Assembly (NCBI GenBank): GCA_013239625.1
Contig: MU054338.1
Span: 1,428,001 to 1,492,000, forward strand
Source: Lama guanicoe
Taxonomy: Eukaryota
Direction of reading: 5' to 3'
DNA length: 64,000 bases
Numbering within the stretch: the first letter of the stretch is position 1; the number at the start of each line of letters is the position of its first letter. Shown in pieces: positions 10,483 through 23,190 of the stretch. The translations under genes and the position numbers were made by a program. The notes below the pieces were generated by a model, which worked only from the letters and a program-made list of their open reading frames with translations, made no database searches and was not told the DNA's origin.

Positions 10483-12577
10483 AGTGATTACCACTCCAAG
10501 ACCTGTGTTGGCTCAGTGTTGACGCGGCTGCTGTCACCCCTGCCCAGGGTTGGAGGGCAGGTCGGGGATGCCTCGGGGCAAGGAAGGGAGGCCTCCAATG
10601 GCCTGGAGTTGGGGCGGGTTGTGCAAGTGTCCTGAACTGAGTGACTGCTTCTACAGAGGGGGAAGTGGGGACGGGGTGGGGAAACCAAGGGCCTGGTCAG
10701 CTCTGGCCATCTGGCTTTAGAATCGTGTGGGCAGCTTGGCCCTGGGGCTCCACTCAGGCTGCCTTCTTACCTCACCTTCCCACCAACTCCCGGGCAGAGA
10801 GGCAGCTCTGGGTGGCAGCCGGTTCCGCCTCTCATGTTGAGCCTGCTGCTCCCTTTTACCCAGTGCCCTTCCCTGGGGAGGCCCCAGTGGGAAGCTGGCC
10901 AGTTCCTGCTCCCTTCAATGGCCTCCTTCCAGCCTGAAGATGTTTACTGGGCCCTGGGACAGGGCAGGGACTGGCTGGGACTTTCCAGCGAGGAGGTGGT
11001 GTCTGTGGCTGTGGGCGCCCTGCCTTTAGGCCTTGTACGATGTCGTGCTGGGGCAGGGCACTGCTAGCAGGTGTCCGGGCTAGACCAGAGGTGAGGAACA
11101 CTGGTTTCTGCACTGGGGGCGCTTAGGTGAGGAGGGGTGAAGGTGGGAGAACCACAGGGCTGCAGCGCCGCCTGCTGGCTGCATCTGGGGGCGTCGCGGG
11201 AGATTGTCAAATTGGCGGCAAAGGGTCTCTTACAGAAGAGAAAAGGGCTTAGGGGAATACTACCTGAGTGATGGAGTCGGTGTTCAAAGGTCTGGGGAGA
11301 CAGCTGGACACACCCAGTCTATGTGGGCAGGGCAAGGGCAGAGAACCGGCACCAGATTGTGCAGGGGAATGGATAGGAGTCTGGAACAGAGGGGCGGGCG
11401 TTTTCAGCAGAAGGCACCTCAGGATGGGCAGTGTGGCTGGAGTGGCTGGCCAGAGGGTGTGCAGCGCCTGCAGAGGAGCCCCACTGGATTCTGGAGGTAC
11501 CAAGGAGCCACGGGAGATGTCTGAGCAGGAGAGAGACCTGGTCACATCTGGGGGTTAGAAAGTTTCTCCCAGGATCACCATGGCGGGGTTGGGAGCAAGT
11601 AAAGAGGCAGGACTGGAGACCCTGGCAAGGGCAGTGGGATCCCTCAGGGCTCCTGTGTCCATTTTCCAGAGGTGTCAACTGAGACCTCATTGTTTCCCTC
11701 AGGTTCCTGATGAGTCTTGTGTACTCGTTTGTTTATTCCATCGTTGCATGCTCCGAATTAAACACCTACTGTGTATCAAGCTTGGCCTCTGCCCTTGGGG
11801 AACTCACAGGCTGGTGGATGAGGTGAGCGTGTGACAGGTAAAGAGGTGAATAAATACTTCAGGTGGTGACAAGTGCTCTGAGGGGACACAAGGTGAGGAG
11901 CTACAGAGGACCCAGGAGGGGCGACTTAACTTGCTTATAACAGGTGAGATCTGGGCAGTCTGGCAGAGGAAACGGCCCAGGCGAAGACTTGGTGGCTGGA
12001 CAGTTTAGTGTCAGAGTCACATCGAGGAGGCTACAGTGGGTGGAGGTAGTTGGGGTGGGGCACGGGAACGATAGGAACATTAGCGCAGGTGAGCTCAAGA
12101 TGCCACTGGGTGGGCTGTGCTGAGGGGTGCTGGCTGTCTCCAGTTCCAGGGAGCCGCCTCCTCCTGGAGGCCCCAAGCAGTTCTTGAGAAGGACATTCAC
12201 ACTTGCCATCCTCAGCACAAGGGGTGCTCCGGGGCCAGGAATGCCTCCCATGCTGGCTTTGGGAGGAGTCCACACGCTCCAGGAGACGGTGACCATCAGA
12301 CCCCAGTACCAGAAGGGCATCCTGGCTCCTGCTGGAAGGCATGGAGGCAGTTCCACACGCAGAAGGACATTAACTGGCGGGGGTTCCACACCTGGAAGGG
12401 GCAGGCAGCTGTGGCATCAGAAAGCCTCGGGCAGCACTGGCCATCAGTCCAGCCCTGGGGAGGAGGCACCTGCATTTTTGGGGAGGGCTTGGGCCTACGT
12501 TCCCGCTGCTGGCGCCTCCTGGAAGGGTGCACGCACCCTGTAGTGGAGACACTGGCCACCAGCCCCAGGTGCGTCGC

Positions 12578-13369
12578 TCACAGGAGGGGCCGGTCCCACA
12601 GCAGCTCCAGGGCGAGCTCCACTGAGGCTTCAGTGGCCTCAGCCAGGTACCCACAGTACAGCCAGTCCTCCAGGCCGGGCACCTCCCCACCGGCGGCCTG
12701 CTCGGCCAGGTGCAGGACCAGCAGTGTGCGGTGCGCCTGCAGCCAAGGCCCCAGCGGTGCTCCGCGGCGGCACAGCGCCGGCCCGGGCCCCCAGAGCAGC
12801 GTCTGCAGCGCGCTGCGCGTCTGGGCGGCGGAGGGCCGCCAGCGGGCCAGCTGGGCCGCCAGGCGCTCCAGGCCCACGGCCAAGGGGGTGGCCGAGGGCG
12901 CGATGGGGCCAAGCAGCTCTCGGAGCAGGTGGCCCAGCTGCTGTGCGTGGGCACCCAGGGGGCCCGGGGACCGCGGGCGGACACGGCCGAAGTCCGCCAG
13001 CAGCAGGCGTGGGGGCCCGGTGGCGGTACAGCCCCTCGGCACCACCAGCAGCATGTTCTCAGGACGCAGCTCGACCAGGGCCGCACCCCGGGCCTCCAGG
13101 TGCGCCAGGGCCGCGCTCAGCTGCAGCAGCAGCAGGGCCACGGCCCGTGTGAACTTCGCAGGGGGCTGCGCGCCTGCTCCCTCCAGCCACTGGGCCACCG
13201 TGAGCTCCGGCACCTCCGCCGCCAGCACCACGGGCTGATCCCAGGGCATCTCAGGCAGTGCGCCCCTGGGCACCAGACCGCACAGCCCCTGCAGGTTGAA
13301 GTGTGGGGCCAGTGAGGCCTGCAGCTCCAGGCCCCACGGGTGGGGCTCCTCGGCTCCTGGCCTGGGCAC
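12578..13369 (-). CDS. PEAK3: PEAK3 (C19orf35) last coding exon: pseudokinase C-terminal part ([20 protein letters not shown]...[11 protein letters not shown]...LLADFGRV...[13 protein letters not shown]...[12 protein letters not shown])
   Basis: Matches the PEAK-family pseudokinase; intact DFG, HRD replaced by LVE; CTGCAG acceptor (AG at 13371-13370); TGA at 12580-12578. Confidence 0.95.
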   Translation of the reverse strand: MPRPGAEEPHPWGLELQASLAPHFNLQGLCGLVPRGALPEMPWDQPVVLAAEVPELTVAQWLEGAGAQPPAKFTRAVALLLLQLSAALAHLEARGAALVELRPENMLLVVPRGCTATGPPRLLLADFGRVRPRSPGPLGAHAQQLGHLLRELLGPIAPSATPLAVGLERLAAQLARWRPSAAQTRSALQTLLWGPGPALCRRGAPLGPWLQAHRTLLVLHLAEQAAGGEVPGLEDWLYCGYLAEATEASVELALELLWDRPLL

Positions 13370-13636
13370 CTGCAGGGCAGAGGGGCCTTCAGGGCCTGAC
13401 CCCCGAGCCCTCCCAAGCCAGCACAGCCCACCCAGCGGCTCCACCAGGCCTGAAGCCTGCCCCCAGCATCGCCGCATCCCCCCAGAAGCAGGGGATTCAT
13501 GTTAATTCAGATGTTAGTTGCCAGCATGGTTTTAAAGACTAAGCAGGGAGGATGGTGTTTAGGGGTCAGACTTCCCAGCCTGCCAGAGGGGCTGGCGCTT
13601 GCCACTTGGTAAAATGGAAATGCCAACCGAGGTACC

Positions 13637-14640
13637 AGAGCTGGGCTGTCCAGTAGAAAGACAACTCAGGCCACGGTGTAATTCCAGTTTTCCAGTAGCC
13701 ACGTTTTAAAAAGTGGAAAGAAGCAAGTGAGAGTAACTTCCTTCCTTTTGTGAAGAATATTTACTTGTTTTGTTCTTTAGATTCCACGTATAATTGAAAA
13801 CTTACAGGATTTGTCTTTCTTTGACCTATTTCACTGAGCATAACACCCTCCAGGTCCACCCACATTGCTGCAAACGGCCAAGTTGCTTTCTTTCCTGTGG
13901 CTGAGTGGCACTGTCCGCAAATGCCACGTCCCCTGTTGGCGAGCGCTTAGGCTGCTTCCGCGTCGTGGCTGCTGCAGGGACTGCTGTTGTAAACGCTGGG
14001 CTGCGTGCGTATTTTCTAACTCGTGTTTTCATTTTTCTCCTGGGTGTATACCCAGGGGTGGGATTGCTGGATCCTATGGTAGTTCTATTTTTGGTTTTTT
14101 TTGAAACTTCTATACTGCTTTCTGCCATGGTTGCACCAACTTACATTCCCACCAACAGTGTGCAAAGGCTCTCTTTTCTCTACATCCTCGCCAGCGTTTG
14201 TTAGTTTGTGTTCTTTTTGATGACAGCCATTCTGACAGGTGTGAGGTGATAGCTCATTGTGGTTTTGACTTGCATTTCCCTGATGATTAATGATGTTGAG
14301 CATCTTTTCATGTGCCTGTTGGCCATCTGTGTGTCTACTTTGGGAAAATGTTCAGATCCTCTGCCTATTTTTAAATCAGGTTGTTTGTTTGGTACTGAGT
14401 TGTATGAGCTTGAAAGTAACTTTCATAATCTATTCAATCCAGTATATCCAAAATGTTCTATTCAGCAGGTCCTGAATGAAGAAGGTATTAGTGAGGTGTT
14501 TTCCATTGTTGTTATTACTGATACTAAGTCTTAAAGACCCAGTGTGTATTTGGCATTCAGAGCACATCTTAGTCAGGAACGGTCCCATTTCAAGTGCTCA
14601 GCAGTCACATATGGCCAGCAGCTGAAGTGCTGGACAGGAA
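13637..14640. mobile_element. MER3/MER33-like DNA transposon split by a minus-strand L1 (L1MA-like, ~13745-14410)
   Basis: GCTGTCCAGTAGAA and GTGCTGGACAG ends; L1 ORF2-end/3' UTR sequence; approximate duplication GAGAGTAACTT / GAAAGTAACTT around the L1. Confidence 0.7.
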
Positions 14641-15378
14641 AGCTCTTTCTAGAAAGTAGGAGAGCATTAGCTTTGGGGATTACAGAGTCACCTTGGGGCA
14701 GGAGTTAAAAGTTACAGGTGCTGAGGTGGGGCTTCGCGTGTGGGTATTTTAAAAATAAACTCAGCAGGGGCCTCTGAGATGGAGCCAGTGTCGAGCTGTC
14801 AACTGAAGAACTCACTGCCGCAACAGCCTACTCCCTCCACACTCCAGTCTGTGAAATGGGCCCATAAGAACACCTTCTGCCCAGCCCATGAGGTCCCTCC
14901 AAAATGTTAATGCACCTGACATTTGGTGGTCTGGCTTATTTGACAAGAATCATTCTTTTTTCTTAGTGGTGCATAAAACAGGAGCATCTTCTTGTGACAA
15001 AACGTGGCAATGCTTGCATGAGGATTAGCTGAATGAGTGTCTTAAAGTCCTTAAAGGTGCTCAGTGCATTTTGGCGGTTGTTAATATCAGGCAACTGAGG
15101 CTTTCTAGCACCAGAATTCACTGGGGAGTGAATTTAGATGCAAACTCCTGGGTCCCTGAGAGGCCTGGGGAAGATTTTAACCAGATCCCCAGGTGATTCG
15201 AATGTAGGTGGCTGCACATTTTAGAACCGGTTCCAAGGGCTGACAGTGTTACTTCATAGGTTAGTTGCAAAATAGGCAATTAGGCCCAAGCGAAAAGTGC
15301 CCTGGGTTATGCCTTGGACGGGAAATTGGGGCCGCCTCCCAGGAGGCGGGGCAGAGACGGGGCGATGGCGGGGCTCAC

Positions 15379-15917
15379 CTTGGCAGCCAGGAGATGCCAC
15401 GCCTCCTCGTCCACCCGCACCAGGCGGTAGTAAAGGGCGTCCCCGCTCTCCAAGCAGGGCGAGAGGTCCAGGAGGCGGAAGCCGTGGCCGGGGCGGCAGG
15501 GGCCCGGGCGGCCCCCCAGGAGCCGGGCCTGGAGCCGGGCGTGCATGCCGCGAAGGCTCTCCAGCTGCCGGGCCTCCAGCGCCGCGTGCACGGCCTCTGG
15601 GCGGTGTAGGTCGTGGAAGGAGAGGCCCAGCTCAGGGTCCAGTGAGCAGAAGGGCAGTTCTTCAGGGGGACAGGCTGGCCCCACCCTGTCGTCGCCTGCC
15701 TGGCTCTTGTCCACACTGTGGGATCCCAGGAGGGGCTTCTGAGTCTCCCCTGCTTGAGTGGGGCTGAGTCTGGGGGCCTTGTGGGTGGGCAGCGACTGGG
15801 CCCTGGTCAGGGTCTTCTTGGGCAGGGGTGGGGGCAGGGGCTGCGGGTCAGTCGAGAGGGCCTCAAATGTTCGGGGGCGGCAGGCCTTGGAGGGCAGCAG
15901 GTGGGCACGGACCTCAC
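15379..15917 (-). CDS. PEAK3: PEAK3 middle coding exon ([12 protein letters not shown]...[16 protein letters not shown]...EAWHLLAAK)
   Basis: TAG acceptor and GTGAGC donor; contains the PPPLPKK and RxxSLP motifs and the helix preceding the kinase fold; 539 nt keeps frame. Confidence 0.95.
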
Positions 15918-16367
15918 CTATAGGGGGAGGGAGTGGGGGAGGGGAGTGAGGACTCACGGAATGGGGGGTCCTGGGCACATCATCTCTGAAATGGAAAAGA
16001 CACCAAACCCCAACCCCAGCTACCCTGTGCCCTGTGGGGTAGGGGTGCCATCTGATTTACAGATGAGGAAACAAAGGCTCAGAGGAGCGACCAGTCAGTG
16101 GCAGAGAAGCCTCCGGTCCAGCACAGGCGACTCCCACCTCCTGTGTGGCTCTGGGCAGGTGACAGAACCTCTCTGAACTCTAGTTTCCTCACTTTTACAA
16201 GCTGGTGATCCAGTTTTTTTTTTTAGGAGTTTTATTAAAGATAGTTTAAAAGCTGCTTTAGTTGAATTAAAAGGTCATGGGGCAGAGTGTTCCCTAGACG
16301 GTAATGAGAAACTCAGCCTTTCAGCTCTAACCACCCTTCCCACCCAGGACCCCTCCCCAGCGCTCAC

Positions 16368-16449
16368 CAAGGTTGCCATACGTGGGCTGAGTCTGCCAGG
16401 TGGGGGCGTTGGGCCCGGGGGTCTCGGTGGGTGGCTCCAGGCTGCTCAT
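16368..16449 (-). CDS. PEAK3: PEAK3 first coding exon ([27 protein letters not shown])
   Basis: Acceptor 4 nt upstream of the ATG (exon starts 16453), GTGAGC donor; resembles the human MSSPEPPTEP...TQPTYSNL start; total CDS 470 aa. The upstream non-coding exon was not located. Confidence 0.92.
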
Positions 16450-17534
16450 GCTTCTGGGGGAAGGTCGGAGTTGGGGGCACGTGTGGGTGGGGCCTAGACT
16501 TGACCCTGCTGTGTGGCCCCAGGACGGTTGCTTGACCTCTCTGGGTGAATATCACCCACTGACCTTTTAGTGGGAAAGACCCTGTACTTTTGTGACATGG
16601 ACAGAATGTCCAGCTATGAGGGCAAGACCTTGGGGGGAACAGCTGGGGGATCCTGCGCTTGGACCTTGTCCCCAGAGTTCAGCCCCTTCAAGCCGTTGCC
16701 AACAGCGCCTGGCTTGCAGTCCTGCCCCACCCGGATTCTAGGTCAGCCCAACCTCAAGAAGCAGTGCTTCCGCCCATACCCTGCCTCAGCCCCCTCCAGG
16801 AGTGCCTTACCTTCAGGCCTGAGCGACCTCCGGGCAGAGGGGCCTTGGGGACAGACTCCCAATAGCTGCAGGCCCTGGCCTCCTGGACCGTCTGACTGGC
16901 GGCTGGCAGTGAACCGGAAACGCCCAGGCAACTGTTAGACCGCAGACCTGGGGGAGGAGGGGTAGCAGGGCAGGGGGTTCCGCCCTACTTCCCCACGTCC
17001 GCTTCCCTGTTCCAGGGCTGGAAGCAGGGTAGGGGGAGATGGGGAAGACGGGCTGAGGTCCCAAAGGTGACAAGAGGTGGGCAGCAGAGGGGAGCCTGAG
17101 AGACTGAGGAAAGGGAGACATTTTAGACCTCCCACCTTTGGGGTGGGCAGGGAACCCCAGAAATGACTGTTTAGGGAGAAACTTAAGCAGGTGACCCTTT
17201 CCTCTGTGGCTTTCATTACCTTCACAGCCCGACCCACTGAGAAGCCCCCAGTGTGCCCTCTACCCCATCTCCTGCCCCTCCCAGGACCCTTGCACTGGAG
17301 CGATTTGATCCCCACACTCTGGGCAGGTTCTTCCTTTTGAGCTCCAGCTCTGCTCTGACATGCTGTGCTGTGTCACACTGGGCAAATCACCACCCTCTCT
17401 GTTCCAGCAATTAAAGAAAAGTGGCTCCTGCTTTCTGCCTCCCGACAGCCAAACTAGCTGGATTTGTCTTTAAAAATTTAATTGACTCACTTCCCTCCCC
17501 CAACTACCTTAATGCATTTATTTAAAGACATTTG

Positions 17535-17666
17535 GGTTTTTTGGGGGGGAAGGGTGGGTAATTAGGTTGGTTTGTTTGTATATTTAAATGGAGGTACTGG
17601 GTACTGAACCCAGGACCTCGGGCATGCTAGGCATGCACTCTACCACTGAGCAGCACTGCCCCCAGG
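17535..17666 (-). mobile_element. tRNA-derived SINE (vic-1-like) with TSD AAAGACATTTG
   Basis: Same SINE body as 5748-5876; direct repeat at 17524-17534 and 17667-17677. Confidence 0.8.
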
Positions 17667-19444
17667 AAAGACATTTGATAGAGATTTCCATACATAGAAA
17701 ATCAAGAATGCTGAACATCCAGGGAGAACCAGCCGGTGAAATTCTCACCTAAGCACAGGCCTGTCACAGCAGTCTGGGGGCTTGAGGCTTGCCCTGCTGG
17801 CCTGGAGGCATGAGAGGTGTCTCAGCTGCAAACCCAGCCTCTCCCCCTTGTAATGAAAGAACCAAGAAATCACTGCAGATGCAAAGATACAAAGACATGT
17901 CTGCTTTGTAGTTTGAGCATCTTTCACGCTGGAGTTCTCCCCTTGCCCCGTCTCATTTTCCTTAGGGACAGTGAGCCCAGAGAGGGCAGGAGTCCACACA
18001 GGTCACACAGCAGGTCCAGACTGGACCACGGGCCATTGCTGGGTGCCCCTGGGTTTGGGGAAGGAGATGAACCCATCTCATGGGGTCCTCTAAGCGGGTC
18101 TCCTGCCACATCTTGGGCAACACAGACTGCTGACCTCCTGAGGCATCTCCCACTTGAGGGTCTATAATTTGATCCGATACTTTAATGCTTCCAGCTCACA
18201 GCTTTTATCATTCACAGAATGTACACACTCTGTCCTTAATCCATGGGGCAGCCTATGATTTTGACAAATTTCAAAATCGTGCAATGGGAGGATGGTGGCT
18301 TGAGGAAGATTCTGCAAATTATACAAGACAGGGATTCCACAAACCCTGGGCTGTTCCAGGTGGAACAGAAGGGGCTGGAGGTGCTGAGGAAGTGTCCTCC
18401 TCACCGCTCAGTCCCCTACTGGCCATGAGATCTTATTCTCCCCTTTGTGAGACCCTTCGGGGTCACCCAGCTGGGCTGTGGCTCTCATCCTGGATTAATT
18501 GGGGTGAAGCATGCAAGGCACTTGTCGCACCAAATTTAAGATGATGCCAAAAAGCAAAACAAAACAACAAAAACCACCCTTCATTGATGAAGATAAATAA
18601 AGTTTTAATGTATCAAGATAAATAACATTTCAATGTAACATTAAAAAAAATCTTATTTGCAAACTATGGCCCATGGGCTGGCTGGCTGTTTTTGTAAATA
18701 AAGTTTTATTGGAACCCAGGCCAGGATTAGGGTGTGGAAAGGGGAGGTAGGGTCGTGCCAGGGCAGGTATCTGTCTTTATTTAAAAGGTTGATATTTTCG
18801 TCCACCGTGGGGTGTGAATCAATTTGGTTTGTAGAATATTGCTCTTGGTGATGGAGTGCTGGGCTCCCCCTCAGATTTTGTGCCCCAGGTCAGTGCCTTG
18901 CTCAACTCACCCTGGGCAGAGTGGGGACTGGGCAGAGGCTCCAGACTGGGACAAGCGGTGACATCCCAGGGACTTCTCCACCTAGGACGGGCAGGGCTGG
19001 GGGCAGCTGGTGCCTGGGGACCCCCTGCCTGCCTCAAGACGGCCCCCCTTGGAGTGGTCAGAGTAGGGGCCCTTTGTGAGGGAGGAGAATGGTTGCTCAG
19101 CACCCCTACGTGCCCAGCACCCCACTGAGCCCCAAAGGACAGTCCTCCCCGAGGCCCAGAAATGGGCCTGCTTGCCTCAGCTAACCCTAAAAAGTGCCCG
19201 TGTGTGTGTCGCCCCTGGATTGGCCCTGTCCTACCACCCCGCCCCAGGGCCAGGCCCTCTGTAGGCCTGAAAACTGTTCTTTCATTCGAGAAGCGTTTGG
19301 AGCACTGCAGGAGCTGGGGCCGGGCTCTCTGCATTGCCCGCATGGCCCGCACTGCCCAGAGTGGTGCTCCGGGTGCCAGAGGCTCACAGATTTCAGACTT
19401 GGCATCTCTAAGAAAAATTCCTCAGCTTTTTTGGCACGTACAAT

Positions 19445-19828
19445 TCTAGTCCCCAAAGATGTCCTTGTCCAGAACCTGGGAATATGTCATGCAGCGTGGC
19501 GGGGGCGCTCAGGTGCTGATTAGATGAGGACTCGGGGGGGGGGACCCTGGGTTCCCCGGGGGCCCTGTGTCCTCACAGGGTCCTCATCAGAGGGAGGCGG
19601 GAGGTCAGAGTCAGAGAGAGACGGGAGGTGCTGCGCTGCTGGCGGTGAGGATGGAGGGGGGGCCATGAGCCAGGGGTGCGGAGCCTCTAGAAGCTGGAAG
19701 CCTGGAGCCTCTGGGAGGAACCAGCTGCCGGTTCCTTTTAGACTTCTGACGTCCGGGAGTGCTGAGTAACAACCCCCCGCTGTTGTAAGTGGCAAGGTTT
19801 TGTTAGAGCAGCCATAGGAAGCTCATGC
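19445..19828 (+). mobile_element. MLT1 (C/D-like) LTR, copy B, with an 18-nt internal deletion
   Basis: About 95% identical to copy C over 19580-19700; MLT1 3' end GCAGCCATAGGAAGCTCATGCA. Confidence 0.8.
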
Positions 19829-20945
19829 AGTTAGTCCTCTGCATAAAAGAGGACCATAATTCTCCAGTTTATAGATGAGCACATGGCACAGAGAGGGGCA
19901 GCGACTTCCCCTGGGCCACACAGCACTGGGGCCACAGACACCCCTCTGAGGAGCCCCGCCTTGGGTTCCTGGCCACCAATGGGACGGGTCCCCCTTCAGC
20001 TGCCCTTGGCTGTCCAAAGAAGGAAGACCCCCTCAGCTGCATCCTAAGAATAAGACAGGATTTAGGAAATCCTGGATCTTGTACCTAGTCTGAACTAGGG
20101 ATGCAGGCAGCCCCTGTGGATGGGGAAACCAAGGCCCATGAGGCAATCATCCTCCTCCCTCTGCTGCAGGAAGAATAGGGGAAATGAAGCCTCTCAGAAG
20201 GGTGCCACAGCCCAGCACCCCCAACCTCAGTTTCTTTGAAATCAGGTGCCGAGAGGTTGCCCCACAGCCCCCGACACGTCTTGATCCTGCTTCTGTTTCT
20301 GGCTGCTCTGACTCCATCCACCTCCCTGCAAAAAGAGCACAAGCCTCCAGGGACCAGTAGGGTTTGAGCCCCGACTCTGGGCTCTGTACTCTGCTTTTCC
20401 CATCCATCGGGAGTGGGTGGGAGAGACCCCACAGCCCTGGGGGAGGAAGCTGCCAGCACTAGGGGCACAGCAAGGAGGGTGTGGGTCTGCAGCTTATTTC
20501 TCCTTTCCTCCCTGCCGCCAGCTCTGCCACTGGTCCCAGCTTAGGGCAAGAGTTTCCCTGACAGCCCAGCTCCACTGGTCCCTCTCAGCACTCCGCCTCT
20601 CCCCAGCTGGGGATTCTGGGCAGCCTTTGACCTTCTCTTTGCCTGTCTGTAAAATGGGATCATAACAGGACCCAGCTCACAGGGTCATCATCACTATGGA
20701 AGGAGTCAATACAGGCAGTACAGGGAACAGCACTGGGAACAGCATGGGCACTCCTGAAGTGTGACCTCTAATGTTATCACATGGGTCATTCTCTGCAAAC
20801 GCCCCGTGATTCACGGCTTGCTTTGGGGCTGGAGCTAGGCAGCTCCCCCAGGGACCACAGCATCCGTACTTCCTGTCCCGACTCTTCCCATGAGAATTAA
20901 AAAAAAAAAAACAACCCTGAAGTTTGTTATTAAATTGGTTTCATT

Positions 20946-20951
20946 TTTATT
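20946..20951 (-). terminator. LINGO3: Probable LINGO3 polyadenylation signal (AATAAA on the minus strand)
   Basis: TTTATT on the plus strand about 2.2 kb after the LINGO3 stop, followed on the minus strand by a T-rich tract. Confidence 0.65.
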
Positions 20952-23190
20952 GGATTCCAACCAAATACAGCAGGATGGAGGTGGGGGGAGATGGGGTTCT
21001 TGGTTCATGTTGGGACAGGGGCCAGTGGAGGGGACTGGAAGGTCCCAATATGCTGACGTTCTGTAAGTCCTAACACTGCCGAGAACATATCCCCTCCTGT
21101 CTTGATGATGCTAAAGGCACTTGGATGTCGTTTTGAGGGGCCCTCAGGGTTGTTATGGTAACCAAGGTCAGGAGGATGCTAAGGGAAAAAAAACTAGCCC
21201 ATTCTGTTTGACTCAGGTGGAGTATGGCTGGTCACCCCCTTCTGCCATCACTTGCTGCCATGAATGGGGCTTAGGCAGAGTGCACATCGTGGGGCAGGAC
21301 CATGGACCTCCCACCTCCCAATGTTTCCAGCCCGGGGAGAATGGCCAGTGGAACTTCCAAGTCCTGTCTGAAGCTTTTGCTCAAAAAACCTCCAGAGGTG
21401 ACAGCTTTCTCTGTGGCTTATCTCAGAAAGACCTTGAGGGATCCAGAATCCAAGTCAGTCATCGAGCTTGTATGTAGCAATAGGTTTGGCCCTCAGACCC
21501 AACCAGCCATGGTCCAGGTGGTCCTCAGTCGCCAACCAAGATTACACAGCTGGGTGGGAACAGAGCTGGCTTTGAGCCTTTCTACAAGGTCCTTGAGCAC
21601 ACCGTCTAACCTCCTGGCTGGCAGCCAAGCTCCTTTCTGGCCGAGGCCTGCCCCCACAATATGTCCTGTGCTCCTTCCCCCTCAGTGATGCCCTATGTTG
21701 TCTGGCCGAGGTAGAGAATGGGTTGGCGGGGCAAGGACCAGGCTGGGATAGGCAGGGTCGTGGATGGTCCCTGTCTGGGGTCTGAATACGTCTGCAAAAC
21801 TTCAGCTCCTGCTTGCATGCCCACAGTGACGGGGAACTCACTATCTGTAGAGCAACAGGGCAGTGACCCTGGGGAATCTCCTCTTTCACCCGAGCTATCG
21901 TCTGCCTGTGACCCCCCCTACTCTTTGGCCCTAGATCTGCCCCAAACTTGCAGAGACCAAGGTTCCTCTGTCATTTCTCCCAACAACCCAGGTCCAGGTC
22001 TCCCTGTAGCTTGAACCCTGTCATGGACTTGCTGCCCATCGCTGGCCCTGCAGTGCATGCAACAGGGACCCTGAGAACCTTCCACACTCTGGTCTCCTTC
22101 CTGAGGTGGGCAATGGGCCCGGGGTCTGGGTGGGGTGGGACCCCACTCAGGCTTATCTGAGGCTGGCAAAGGGGTGGTGCAGACTCAGGATTGAAGGTCA
22201 CCCCACTGGTCTGCTGGAGAGGGACGCCCTGGAAGCCATGTTCCTGGGCCAGGGGCCAGGATGGCTGGCCCTCCTGTGTGCTGAGGACGTGGGAAGCAAG
22301 TGGCAGCTCTGAGGAGCGGTGGGAGGAGCTGGGGAGATGGCTTCTCCTAGTGGGCGACCCGCCTGCTGGGCCAGTGGGTCCTGCTGGGAGGGAGTCTGAG
22401 TGCGGGTGCCTGGGCCAGGGGGCAGGGACCACCCTGCGTTCTGGGTGCCCTCAGGGTGAGCCTGACCTGCTCAGGGAGACCTCAGCCTAGACCCTGAGAT
22501 CTGCCCTGAGATGACCAGCTGAGGGTCCTGGGTGTGAACTGTGTGTCCCGGGTGTGGGCTGAGTGTGTCCCAGGTATGAGCTGCCTGTCCCAGGTGGGGG
22601 CTGTGCTCTCCGAGAGCCCTGCCTGCCATGTGAGCTCTGGAGTTCGGGGCGCGTGCCTAGTGTCAGCTGGGTGTGAGGTGTGTGTGTTCTGCTCTGGAGC
22701 TGTGTGTCTGGTTGGGTGTCTCAGGTGTGGAGAGTGGGGTGTCCAGGGATGAACAGCGGGGGCTTTCACGTCCCCTGGCCTGGGGGCTGGGTGGCCCTCT
22801 GTGGAGTCCTGGGTGTACACCATCTCCTCCAGGAGTAAGCTGTGTATGTGGTGAGGATCCAGGGTCTCTGAGCCCCCTCCCCTCCCCTGCCTAGCTCAGC
22901 GACCACACCAGGGGCAGGAAGACAGGGTGAAACCCTTAGAAAACTCTTGAGAAACTCTGCAAAAGATGCTTCCTGATGAAAAAACAGTCCTGTGGTCGGG
23001 TCTCTACAAAAAAGGGGAAGTTCTGCCAGGAGCCAGCTTGCGGCCGCCCCCTGCGGGAAATGCATAGGTGGTCGTGGTCGTCAGACGCGCCAGCAACGGG
23101 CTGGCGAGGACGTGGACCTGGACGGAGTCGGAGACGCAGCTTCCAGCCCAGCTCCAGCGGCAAGGGCTGCAGGAGGTCGGCCCGGGCCGC

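Noticed and set aside
12117..13315. Long plus-strand ORFs (373 aa, 201 aa) opposite PEAK3
   Set aside because: Antisense shadows of a GC-rich coding exon with low-complexity translation and no recognisable domain.
17740..18410. Possible PEAK3 non-coding first exon (minus-strand donors near 17748 and 18404, GAGGAAGT ETS motif near 18386)
   Set aside because: Several candidate donors and no transcript evidence to choose between them.
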